Below, piece by piece: positions 38,126 to 51,251 of a stretch of DNA of 64,000 bases. A model generated the notes under the pieces. That model was given only the letters and a program-made list of their open reading frames with translations. It did not search any database and was not told where the DNA came from. Within the stretch, counting starts at the first letter, position 1. The number at the start of each line of letters is the position of its first letter. The DNA is from Paraspadella gotoi. Taxonomy: Eukaryota; Animalia; Chaetognatha. Both the position numbers and the translations under genes were made by a program. Location of the stretch: the NCBI GenBank assembly GCA_051294375.1, contig CM119264.1, positions 24,344,002-24,408,001 on the forward strand, read 5' to 3'.

Positions 38126-39626
38126 GTCGGCGGTTTTCGAAATTGCTGGCGTCGATTCTTTGAAAGTCGAACGTTGGAGCGGCGTTAGCAAATACTGGCG
38201 ACGTCGATCTTGATCGATGTCGGCCGAAGCCTAAAGGACTTGGAGGGTTGCTGCGTCTGCTCGAGCGTCCGGCTGGAGTCGCGTTGAGAGGAGCGAAGGC
38301 GTATATTGATGTTCTTGGCTTGTCATTCTGCTTTTCTCCTCGCGTCGTGGGCCCGGTTGGTGGACGTGGAGATTGGGGCAGTGAAGGAAAGGGTGTTAGC
38401 GGATATGGATGTTATCGCTTAATCCCTCATCCTCCATCCAATCTTACCTCAGAGTGGTTGGATGATCCGTTGCCCGTTTGGAAGTTGTGTTTGATTCTGC
38501 GTTGGGCTGACCATGTGGCAAGGTGAGTTAGGTTCTAAGATCGTGAGACTTGGTGATTCATCACTTAAGGATCCGGAGCGCAGGGAGCGCTTACGTTGGT
38601 GCTTAATGATTAGACTGTTCTAATTTCTCATAGCATTAATGTATTATTTTACAAAATTTGTTGGAACTTATAAAACATGAAGAATAAAGTTTTAGATCAG
38701 GTTTATTCTTTTTTTGAGAGTAAAAGCCAGACTGAATGAATCAGTTTACAATCAATAATAAGGAAGGCAATCATAAACAAAATAATAATTCATAGTGACA
38801 TCTTGTGTTGAATTTGGTGTGATCCCTTGGGAGAAGACAAAAGTCTTGATAATCCATTAAAGGTTTAAGTAAGGATTCGAGTTGAGTATTTGGTAGTTGA
38901 CTGGTTTGGCCCAGGTCGCTCGTCAAGGCATCCCAAGTCTTTGATTCCCGGGTTCAACTCCGGGAGCGGCATGAATTATTTTATATAGAAATTAATTTGA
39001 TCGAGGTGCTACATCTTTTAACTTTAGCATCTAATTTTTTACCTCATTAAATTATTAATAAATTTAGTTAATAAACTTTGTTATACAAACATAACGATTT
39101 AGAAATAAACTTACCAAAATATTTTTATAATCATTTATTTTTATATTGTCAAACAGCTCATATAAATTTTATAAAGATTTTAATAATTTGATTTATCAAT
39201 ATAACTTATAATGGTTTTTAAATAAGTTTTCATATACATCTAAAAACACCTTATTTTCGACAAGAAAGATAAAATTATACAAAAAACAAAGTGGTCAATC
39301 ACACATCGAATTCTACAGACTATCCATCATACACTAAAAATAGGCTATGTACCTCAGCTTGAAATTTGTTATAGTTTTGTTATTTTTCAACGCTCTACAT
39401 TATCACGTGATCACAGCATCGATTCGAAAATTCATCGACGTATCAAAAAATCACAACAATGACTGAAAAAAAAAATACTGGACAAAAAATGATTCCTTAT
39501 TTTTTTATTTTCTATTTGTTATATTTTTAACGTTTGAGACAGGCAAACTAATTCAGAAATCAATATTGTTCTTTGTCGTTTTTTTCACATTCTCTCCTTT
39601 TTGCCTTTTATTTCCTCGTTCCGATA

Positions 39627-39664
<38 letters not shown>

Positions 39665-40156
39665 ATCGCCTCTTCCAGTTTCGATTTAGTTTTCTATAAA
39701 CACTCCTGGTGTGCTGGTCTCAATTCAGTCTCGAAGTCGTGGTGTCGTCACCATTTTTTCCGCGGCGCTACACGACCATCGTTTTTCCGTCTGCGTTCTA
39801 TCGCGCGCGCCGACGACCTCAATTCTATTGCTTACAGTCGTCTTGCTCTTTGCATTTTCCGTGAATATACTTTCATCGTCAAACGTTTTTTTTTTTTCTT
39901 TAGATTCGTCTTGCTCGAGCGAAGGCGAAATCTTCTTTCATTGAGACGAGGTCAGCTCTCTTCTGTGTGTGTGGAGATTGTGTTTGCCTGTTGAGCTTGT
40001 TTTTGTGTGTTTGCTGTTGTTGTTTCTACTGAGGATTTGAGAAGTTGGAGATTTCTGATTGAAGACATGAACTTGATGTAGGAAAGATCTAAAAGATTAG
40101 CCAAAATTGTTTTCCAAAATTGCTAACAAAAAATCGAGTTATGTATTTTCTATAAG

Positions 40157-40383
40157 NNNNNNNNNNNNNNNNNNNNNNNNNAAAAAAACGACAAAAAAAT
40201 ATTGATTTCTGAATTAGTTTCTGTCTCAAACGTAAAAATATACAAATGAAATAAAAAAATAAGAATCATTTTTTGTCAGTTTTTTTTTCAGTCATTTTTT
40301 GATTTTTTGATCGTCGACGATTTTCGAATCGATGTGATCACGTGATAATTAGAGCGTTNNNNNNNNNNNNNNNNNNNNNNNNN
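40157..40383. other. Two 25-N gaps around a 177-bp contig duplicating ~23514-23692 (another 25-N gap at 22823-22847)
   Basis: Each run is exactly 25 N, a placeholder length typical of long-read gap-filling software such as PBJelly. Confidence 0.8.
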
Positions 40384-40846
40384 CTTATAGAAATACATAA
40401 TTCGATTTTTTTACAATTTTGGACAAACAATTTGGCTAAATCTTTTAGATCTTCCTCATCAATTCAGTCTTCAATCAGAATCTCCAACTTCTCAAATCCT
40501 CGTAGAACAACAACAGCAAACAACAAACAAGCTCACCTAAACACAATCACAACACACGAAAGAGGAACCTCGTCTCAATGAAGAAAAGATTTCGCCTTCG
40601 TCAGCGAAGACGAAATCTTAAAGAAAAAAAAAAAAACTTTTGACGATGAAAAATATTTCAGGGAAAATGCAAAGAGCAGACGATTGTGCAATAGAATTGA
40701 GGTCGTCGGCGAGCGAGAACGAGACGGAAAAGAGGTCGCTGTAGCGCCGCGAGGAAAAAAAATGGTGACGCACCACGACTCGAGACTGAATTGAGACCAG
40801 CACGCCGGGAGTGTTATAGAAAACTAAATCGAAACTGGAAGAGGCG

Positions 40847-40881
<35 letters not shown>

Positions 40882-42318
40882 TATCGAACGAGGAAAATAA
40901 AAAGGCAAAAGGAGAGAATGTGAAAAAACGACAAAAAAATATTGATTTCTGAATTAGTTTCTGTCTCAAACGTAAAAATATATACAAATGAAATAAAAAA
41001 ATAAGAATCATTTTTTGTCAGTTTTTTTTTCAGTCATTTTGTGATTTTTTGATCGTCCGATGATTTTCGATCGATGTGATCACGTGATAATTAGAGCGTT
41101 GAAAAATAAACAAATATAACAAATCAAGGTGAGGTACATAGCTATTTATGTGTAATGTAGTCTGTAGAATTCGATGGTGATGACCATTTTTTTGTATAAT
41201 TTTTATCTTTTCTTGTCGAAAATAAGGGTTTTTAATGGTATATAAAATTATTAAAACCATTATAAGTTATATGATAAATCAAATATTAAAATTTTATAAA
41301 ATTTATATGAGCTTTTGAAATATAAAAAATAAAGATTTATAAAATATTTGGTAAGTTTATTTCTAAATTTTATGTTTATAAAAAAAAAAAAGTTAGTTAA
41401 CTAAATTATTAATAATTTGAGTAAAAATTAGGCTAAAGTTAAAAGATGTAGCCACCTCGATCAAATTAATTTCTATATAAAATAATTCATCCGCTCCGGA
41501 GTTGAACCCGGGATCAAAGACTTGAGATGCCTTGAACCGAGCGACCTGGGCCAACCAGTCAACTACAAACTCAACTTCGAAATCCTTACTTAAACCTTTA
41601 ATGGATTATCAAGACTTTTGTCTTCTCCCAAGGATCACACCAAATTCAACACAAGATGTCACTATGATTATTATTTTTGTTTAATGATTGCCTTCCTTAT
41701 TATTGATTGTAAACCTGATTCATTCAGTCTGGCTTTTACTCTCAAAAAGAATAAACCTGATCTAAACTTTATTCTTCAATGTTTTAATTAAGTCTCAACA
41801 AATGTAAATAATACATTATGCTACTGAGAAATAAACAGTCTAATCATTAAGACCAACGTTAAGCCTTCCCTGCGCTCCGGATCCTTAGTGATGAATCACC
41901 AAGTCTCCACGATCTTAGAACCTCAACTCACCTTGCCACATGGCAGCCCAACGCAGAATCAAAACCAACCTTCCAAACGGGGCAACGGATCAATCCAAAC
42001 CACTCTGAGGTAAGATGGATGGGAATGAGGGATTAAGCGATAACATCCAATCGCTAACACCCTTTCCTCACTGCCCCAACTCCACGTCACCAACGGGCCC
42101 ACGACGCGAGGAGAAAAGCAAATGACAGCCAAGAACATCAAATATCGCCTTCGCTCCTCTCAACGCGACTCCACCGACGCTCGAGCAGACGCAGCAACCT
42201 CCAAGTCCCTTTAGCTTCGGGCGCGGACATGATCAAGATCGACGTCGCCAGTATTTGCTAACGCGCTCCAACGTTCGACTTTCAAAGAATCGACGCCAGC
42301 AATTTCGAAAACGCCGAC

Positions 42319-43190
42319 ATGGCGACTGGTGGCGCCACAGAAAGGGAGCTTCGCGGGGAAAACGAGGAGCTTCGCGCAGCTTTGGCCGCAGCGACTCGCG
42401 CCCTGGAGAGAGGGCTTCCAACAAGAAACCCGACCTTCCGGATTTCGACACTTCCAATATCGAGATCTGGATCAGGCGAGCGAATCCGCCCTATACTCGG
42501 GCAGGATCGTCAGTCCCAGGAGCAAATTCGCCCATCTCGATCAAAGATTGGCGTTAAGGTTGATCCGACATCAACCATTTCTCTCGGCGATGCACGGAGA
42601 AAACGTGGAACCAGTTCCTCCAATACTTGGAAAAGAATATGGATATCTCGCCGATAACAAGCCTGCTTCCTTCTCGATCCTTTTCGACTTCGACGGCGTT
42701 AAACCATCAAAAAGCTTAGCACAATTGGAAGAAAAAAACTAAAACGCTTAATCTCGATGACGTTCGAAAAAGAAAAAAATTCTTCGAGACCTTTCAACCG
42801 AAATACGACGTCACTTGGAGGATAAGGCCGAGGACTATCAGCAAAAAGATCTGTGCCAGCTGGCAGATCACCACTTCGATATTGAAGGAAATCTCAAGAT
42901 TCCGCCAGCAAAGCTCCTCGTCAAAACATCGAAGAGAACCAGCGAGAGCGTCAACAATCGACATCGGATGAAGACGCGCCATCAACGCCCTCGGCAAATT
43001 CCAGAAGCGGAACTACAATGGAAAAGAAGTCGAATCCCAGCGAAAGAGAAAAGAAAGCCAAAGCTAATGACTATCCTGCAGCAAACACGTACGATTCGGA
43101 GAAGGACGCCTGGTCCTGTGACCAGGCCGCTAAATACGAAGAGACTCAGAAACGGCGTGAGGGAAACGCCAAAGGGGACGCGCGCGGTGA
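42319..43190 (+). CDS. gag: Gag of copy 3
   Basis: Same as 24911-25782. Confidence 0.75.
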
Positions 43191-46100
43191 ACGCCGTTCC
43201 CCAACAGCAAACACGTTCACCAGCGTCAAGCGATTTTGCTTTACATCCCGGGACCTCCAACTGATAGGAGAAAATGGCTGGTGGATGCGGGCGTTGCTTT
43301 CGATCATTCCCCCGACCCGTGAGCAGAAAGAACGCGGCCCTGTCCGGAAATGAGATTGCAAGCGGCAAACGATCTCCGATTAACTGCTATGGAAGAGTAA
43401 TGAAGACCGTAACCTTGGGAAACGCCCAATTCGATATGAATTCATTGTAGCAGACGTTAAACAGATATACTTGGCGGCAGACTTTCTCGCGGAGAACTTT
43501 TTAGCTCCAACATCGAGACGGCCATTCTCATAGGATCTACAGATATTCACCATTGCAGCAATCGATATCCTCAGAAACACATATGCATGTCAATTTTCGG
43601 TGGACAGAATGGGAGAAAAGTTTTATAAGCTCCTCGAGTCGTTTCCATCACTCTCAACCCCAACATTTGAACTGAAAGAACCAAAACATGGGGTAACTCA
43701 TTCGATACCCACAGAAGGTCGACCCTGCCAATAGAGGGCACGTAGACTCGACCCAGAGAAACTGGCGGTAGCTAAGAGAGAGTTAGAGAAGATGGTCTCA
43801 TTGGGAATCCAAAGCGAGGAAAATCTGAGTGGTCGTCGCCGCTACATCGTCGTGAGCAAGCCTGACGGCGGCGGCGATGCTGCGGCGACTACAGGCCTAA
43901 ACACTCAGACAATAGACGACAAGTATTCAGTGAAGCTACTAAACAGACTTCAATGCGGAACTCGAAGGCAAGACGATATTCTCAAAGATCGACTTGTTAA
44001 AAGGGTATCACCAAATACCGGTTAATCAGATGATGTAAAGAAAACCGCGGTGATAACACCCTTCGGACTGTACGTCTTTCCCCGCTGCCCTCGGGCCTAA
44101 AAAATGCAGGGCAGGACTTCCAGGCGTCTCATGGATGAGATTCTGGGAGAAGATCCCTCACACTTTCGTATATCTTGATGATATACTGGTCGCCTCATCT
44201 TCACCGGGGAACACTTACAAGACTCGAACGAGTCTTCAAGACTCTAGATGCCAACGGTTTGGTGGTCAACACCAGAAGTGTCTGCTGGGTCCAGGAATCA
44301 CTGGAGTTCCTCGATTTTGGTTGACAAGAATGGAGTTCCGACCCTTCGGAGAGAGTACAAACTCTTCAAGCAACACGAGACCGACTACAGTCAAAGAACT
44401 GCAGCGATTCTGGGAATGATAAATTATTATCGCCGATTGTTCCTAAGTTGCTCACAGATGCGCGCCGCTCTACGACGCCTTAAGCGGCAAACCAAAGGCG
44501 TTGAAATGGACAACGGAGTGTGAGGAAGCGTTTGAATCAATCAAACAGGCTTAGTACAAGCCGCACTCTTGCATCACCCTCGAACAGGCGCACAGCTCTG
44601 CGTCACAACCGATGCAATCAGATCACGCGTAGGAGGGTCTCGAACAACGGAAGGACCAAAGGGTTGGGAACCGCTTGCCTTCTTCTCGCCGAAACTGGCA
44701 AAAATCAAAGACTCTGGCCGCCTTTCGACGAGAATTATTCGGCGCCTTCAGAGCAGTTCGCCATTTTCGGCATTGATTGAAGACAGGAATTTCACAATCT
44801 ATCACCGAACACCAAAGCTTGATACCGGCTATCAAAAAGAAATCGGAGCCTCAAATGCTCGCCAGGCCTACAGCTGTCGGTGATCGCAGATTCACCACGG
44901 ATATCAGATACTTAAAAGGAAAGGCAAATGTAGTAGCGGACGCCTTATCGCGTCCAAATGCTGCATCGATCAACAACTCCGCAACAGCAATCGAATATCC
45001 CGCCACCGCATCACCACAGCAACCAACGGAAAACGAAGCGGAGATCTCACAACCCAATGCGACCCAAAATCGTCAACGTCGACAGAAACTCGAAGAGAAA
45101 TTGAGAGGCCGATCAAAACAAAATCGACTCGAAGACCCGAGGCCGTATAGCCTACTCACAACCTTCGACGTTGACTTCGAACAAATGGCGAGAGAGCAAC
45201 GCCTCGACGACGATTTCCAGAAGATTTCCGAGGATGCAAGAACCGGTTTGACTTTCAGAAAATCCAAGTCGGCAATGAACAGCTTCTACAGATGTTTCAA
45301 ACGGCCCCGCTCGCCCGTTTGTTCCTGCAGCTTGGCGCCGTAAAATCTTCGACGTAATACACGCCTCGGCCTCCAGGCGTCGAAGCCACACGTAAGCGAT
45401 AACGTCAAAATTCGTCTGGACAAATATGAAGCAGGATATCAGCAAATGGGCAGAGACTGTATGATTGCCCAGCGAGCTAAGTAACTCGACATGTAGTGCC
45501 CAGATTGGTGATTTTAAAATCCCACCTCGAAGGTTTCAACACATAAATCTGGAATCTAGTAAAGATGCCAAATTCCAAACGGATTGAAACATTTGCTTAC
45601 AATAGTAGACCGCTTCTCAGGTGGCAACTGCGATAAAATCAAGATACGCTTACAACAACAATCTTGATTGCCCTCAGCTCACCAATGGATAAGCTCCTTC
45701 GGAACTCCAGCAGTAATTAACCACAGATCGTGGAACCCAATTTTATTCGGCACTATGAGACAGCTTACCAGGCAATGGGGAAAAGCACAGCAACAACCGC
45801 ATATCACCCACAGGCCAACGGCCTAGTAGAACGGTTTCATCGAAGCTGAAAGAATCCCTCATTGGTTGGCCAGACGAACGCGAAATTGGTACTGGAAGTT
45901 GCCTTTAACATTACTTGCAATTCGTACTACCGTGAAGGAAGATATCGGCGCCTCAGCGGCCGATTTAGTATTCGGTGAAGGGATCAACGTCCCGGCGGCA
46001 TGCTTGGCGACGCCCAAAACGACAACGCGGAGTTACAGCGTCAACGTCAACGTCAATTAGCCAGTCTCAGAGTTGAAGTTGGCTCGTTTACAACCGACGT

Positions 46101-46616
46101 CAACGTCCGCGCCACCGACAACCGACAATCCATCTTCCGGCCAATTTGGAATCCGCGCAATACGTTTTCGTACGAAAGGCAGGCGTTAATCCACCACTAA
46201 TCCCGCCATATGAAGGGCCCTTCCGCGTCATCAGTCGCACGCCTCAATATGACATCGACATTCCCAGCACCGGCACAAAACCGTCAATATTGCACGGGTT
46301 GAAGCCGGCATGGATCAGCGAGGACTTGGAGGACGTCATCGAATCGGAGACACGCCCACGGCGACGCCCAGGCCGCCGCCAGCCCGAGAACGCGAAACGC
46401 CGGCGCCAACAACAGAGAAACAAGATCCATGACTCGACGCGCCGCTTTGCGTCCTCCTCCTCTCCTCCTTCTCCTCCTCCTCTTCCCCCCATCCCCTCTC
46501 ACTCCCCAACACCCCCTGTCTACCCTCGACCCGCTCACACCTTCCCAACGCTTTTTCCTCCATCTTTTCCCTTCTCCCGACCTTCTCCGCTCACCATCTC
46601 CAACCTCAATAAATAA
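43168..46616 (+). CDS. pol: Pol of copy 3
   Basis: Same as 25760-29208. Confidence 0.9.
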
Positions 46617-49600
46617 CATCATCAACGACGAAGAAAGAAATAATGAGCCAACGTGGAGGTCTCCAAACTGATAGCGGAGAATTTTTCGAAAAGCAAAGTC
46701 GCCAAACGAAATAACGAGAACAACAACAACGAAACAACAATCGGCAACTTACGCTGTGCCGCTAAGAGAAATGCTTCTCCGACAAAAAGAAGACAACGAA
46801 GAAAAGAAAGAAAAAGGGACGAAAATACGACGAAATATCCTTGTTGCTCTAGTCAACAGCCGGAGTCTGAGTTTCCTTTGTCGTCCTGCATCAACCTACA
46901 CGAAAACTCCGGACTGTGACGTTACAGTTACCTTTTATTATTATATTGGATTTTAGAAATTTTGTAGTTTTGAATATTTTAAGAATCATTCAATAGTTTA
47001 TTATTAATTGTATATACCGATGTATATATTTGTTTTTATATTTATAACATACTTAAGAAACGAGTTCAACATATTATGAAATTCATTTAACCCATATATT
47101 TCAACAGGGGGGGTTGTAGCACCTCGATCCAAATTAATTTCTATATAAAAATAATTCATCCGCTCCCGGAGTTGAACCGCGGATCAAAGACTTGGGATGC
47201 CTTGACCGAGCGACCTGGGCCAACCAAGTAACTCCAAAAACTCAACTTCGAAATCTTACTTAACCTTTATGGATTATCAAGACTTTTGTCTTCTCCAAGG
47301 ATCACACCAAATTCAACACAAGATGTCACTATGAATATTATTTTGTTTAATGATTCCTTCCTTATTATTGATTGTAAAACTGATTCATTCAGTCTGGCTT
47401 TTACTCTCAAAAAGAATAAACCTGATCTAAACTTTATTCTTCAATGTTTTAATTAAGTCTCAACAAATGTAAATAATACATTATGCTACTGAGAAATTAA
47501 ACAGTCTAATCATTAAGACCACGTTAAGCCTTCCCTGCGCTCCGGATCCTTAAGTGATGAATCACCAGTCTCACGATCTTAGAACCTTCAACGTCACCTT
47601 GCCAACGTGAGGTCTCCAAACTGATAGCGGAGAATTTTTTCGAAAAAAGCAAAGTCGCCAACGAATAACGAGAACAACAACAACGACAACAACAATCGGC
47701 CACTTACGCTGTTGTGCTAAAGAGAAATGCTTCTCCGACAAAAAGAAGACAACGAAGAAAAGAAAGAAAAAGGAGACGAAAATAACGACGAAATATCCTT
47801 GTTGCCTCTAGTCAACGCCGGAGTCTGAGTTTCCTTTGTCGTCCTGCATCAACCTACAACGAAAACTCCGACTGTGACGTTACAGTTACCTTGTATTATT
47901 ATATTGGATTTTAGAAATTTTGTAGTTTTGAATATTTTTAAGAATCATTCATAGTTTATTTATTAATTGTATATACCCGATGTATATATTTGTTTTTATA
48001 TTTAATAACATACTTAAGAAACGAGTGTCAACAATATTATGAAATTATTTAACCATATATTTCAACAGGGGGGCGTGTACCACCTCCGATCAAATTAATT
48101 CTATATAAAATAATTCATCCGCACCGGAGTTGAACCCGGGATCAAAGACTGGGATGCCTTGGACCGAGCGGACCTGGCCAACCAGTCAACTACCAAAATC
48201 AACTTCGAAAATCCTTACTTAAACTTTAATGGATTATCAAGACTTTTGTCTTCTCCCAAGGATCACACCAAATTCACACAAGATGTCACTATGAATTATT
48301 ATTTTTGTTTAATGATTGCTTTCCTTATATTGATTGTAAACGATTCATTCAGTCTGGCTTTTACTCTCAAAAAGAATAAACCTGATCTAACTTTATTCTT
48401 CAATGTTTTAATTAAGTCTCACAAATGTAAATAATACATATGCTACTGAGAAATTAAACAGTCTAATCATTAAGACCAACGTTAAGCCTTCCCTGCGCTC
48501 CGGATCCTTAAGTGATGAATTCACCAAGTCTCACGATCTAGAACTCAACGTCACCTTGCCACCATTTTTTTTTGTATAATTTTATCTTTCTTGTCGAAAA
48601 TAAGGGTTTTTAATGTATATAAAATTATTTAAAACCATTATAAGTATATGATAAATCAATTATTAAAATTTTATAAAATTTATAGCTTTGATAATATAAA
48701 AATAAAGACTTATAAATATTTTGGTAAGTTTATTTACAAATTTTATTTTATAAAAGTTTGTTAACTATATTTATTAATAATATAAGTAAAAAATTAGTAA
48801 AGTAAAAGATAAAATTTCAAAATTGTTTCATGATTTGCATTCTTTACAAAAAGTTGATATAAGAAAATATAATTTTTATACAAAATTTGTTCATTAAGTT
48901 GGTAAAAATATTCAGAAAAACTATATTTTTATTAATTTTCAAAATTTATAAAATATAGTTTTCTAAATTTTAACCTACTTAATGAAAAAATTTGTTATAA
49001 AAATGATATATTTTCTTATATCAACTTTTTGTAAAGAATTAAAATCATGGTAAAAATTTTGAAATTATTAATCTTTTCACTTTAGCTTTATTTTTTATCA
49101 TTATTTATTAATAATTAGCTAACAACTATTAATAAAATATAAAATTTGAAATAAACTTACCAAATATTTATAATGTCTTTATTTTATATTTCAAAAGCTC
49201 ATATAAATTTTATAAAATTTAATAATTTGATTTATTCATAAACTTATAATGTTTTAATAATTTTATATACATTAAAAACCCTTATTCGACAAGAAAGATA
49301 AAATTATACAAAAAAAATGTGGCAAGGTGACGTTGAGGTTCTAGATCGTGAGACTTGGTGATTCATCACTTAAGGTCCGGACGCAGGGAAGGCTTAACGT
49401 TGGTCTTAATGATTAGACTGTTTAATTTTCAGTAGCATAATGTATTATTACATTTGTGAGACTTAATTAAAACATTGAAGAATAAAGTTTTTAGATCAGG
49501 TTATTCTTTTTGAAGTAAAAGCCAGACTGAATGAATCAGTTTACAATCAATATAAGGAAAGCAATCATTAAACAAATAATAATTCATAGTGACATCTTGT

Positions 49601-51251
49601 GTTGAATTTGGTGTGATCCTTGGGAGAGACAAAGTCTTGATAATCCATTAAAGGTTTAAGTAAGGATTCGAAGTTGAGTTTTGGTAGTTGACTGGTTGGC
49701 CCAGCGGTCGGTCAAGGCATCCAAGTCTTTGATCCCGGGTTCTAACTCGGAGCGGATGAATTATTTTTATATAGAAATTAATTTGATCGAGGTGGCTACA
49801 CGCCCCCTGTTGAAATATATGGGTTAAATAATTTCAATAATATTGTTGACACTCGTTCTTAAGTTGTTATAAATATAAAAACAAATATATACCATCGGGT
49901 ATATACAATTATAAATAAAACCTATTGAATGATTCTTAAAATATTCAAAACTACAAATTTCTAAAATCCAATATAATAATACAAGGTAACTGTAACGTCA
50001 AAGTCGGAGTTTTCGTTGAGTTATGCAGGACGACAAAGGAAAAACTCAGACTCCGCTGTTGACTAGAAGCAACAAGGATATTCGTCGTTATTTTCGTCTC
50101 CTTTTTCTTTCTTTTCTTCGTTGTCTTCTTTTTGTCGGAGAAGCATTTCTCTTAGCACAACAGCGTAAGTTGGCCCCGAATTGTTGTTGTCGTTGTTGTT
50201 GTTCTCGTTATTCGTTTGCGACTTTGCTTTTTTCGAAAAATTCTCCGCTATCAGTTTGGAAGACCTCCACGTTGGCAAGGTGACGTTGAGGTTCTAAGAT
50301 CGTGAGACTTGGTGATTCATCACTTAAGGATCCGGAGCGCAGGGAAGGCTTACGTTGGTCTAATGATTAGACTGTTTAATTTCTCAGTAGCATAATGTAT
50401 TATTTACATTTGTGAGACTTAATTAAAAACATTGAAGAATAAGTTTAGATCAGGTTATTCTTTTTGAGAGTAAAAGCCAGACTGAAATGAAATCAGTTAC
50501 AATCCAATAATAAAGAATATTAACAAAATAATAATTCATAGTGACATCTGTGTTGAATTTGGTGTGATCCTTGGAGAAGACCAAAAGTCTTGATAATCCA
50601 TTAAGGTTTAAGTAAGGATTTCGAAGTTGAGTTTTGGTAGTTGACTGGTTGGCCAGTCGCTCGGTCAAGCATCCCAAGTCTTTGATCCGGTTCAACTCCG
50701 GGAGCGGATGAATTATTTTTATATAGAAATTAATTTTGATTCGAGGGTGGCTACACGCCCCCTGTTGAAATATATGGGTTAAATAATTTCAATAAATGTG
50801 ACACTCGTTTCTTAGTATGTTATAAATATAAAAACAAATATATACCTCGGGTAATATACATTAAATAAATAAACTATGAATGATCTTAATATTCAAAAAC
50901 TACAAAATTTCTAAATCCAATATAATAATACAAAGGTAAACTGTAACGTTCAACAGTCGGAGCTTTTCGTGTAGGTTGATGCAGGACGACAAAGGAAACT
51001 CAGACTCCGCTGTTGACTAGAGCAACAAGGATATTCGTCGTTATTTTCGTCTCCTTTTTCTTTCTTTTCTTCGTTGTCTTCTTTTTGTCGGAGAGCATTT
51101 CTCTAGCGCAACAGCGTAATTGGCCGGATTGTTGTTGTCGTTGTTGTTGTTCTCGTTATTCGTTTGGCGACTTTGCTTTTTCGAAAATTCTCGCTATCAG
51201 TTTTGGAGACCTCCACGTTGGCTCATTATTTCTTCTTCGTCGTTGATGATG

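Larger units (their letters stand above)
31910..39013 (-). mobile_element. Same Gypsy element, inverted (copy 2); LTRs 31910-32392, 32865-33347, 38514-39013
   Basis: Reverse complement of copy 1, with the same junctions and flanks. Confidence 0.95.
22974..40156. repeat. ~17.2-kb palindrome, centre ~31531
   Basis: 22974-31530 is the reverse complement of 31531-40156, with independent indel noise in each arm. Confidence 0.95.
41447..48564 (+). mobile_element. Gypsy copy 3 (same as copy 1)
   Basis: Same sequence as copy 1, including indels. Confidence 0.95.

Noticed and set aside
37450-38163. 237-aa ORF antisense to gag (also 54858-55571)
   Set aside because: It is not open in the other arm and has no recognisable domain; it is a shadow of gag.
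24039-39013. Novel composite element made of two inverted retrotransposons (DIRS-like or giant-TIR element)
   Set aside because: It has a DDE integrase and direct LTRs, the inverted copy includes the same left genomic flank, and the true right flank with the TSD lies at 57175. Fold-back explains it better.
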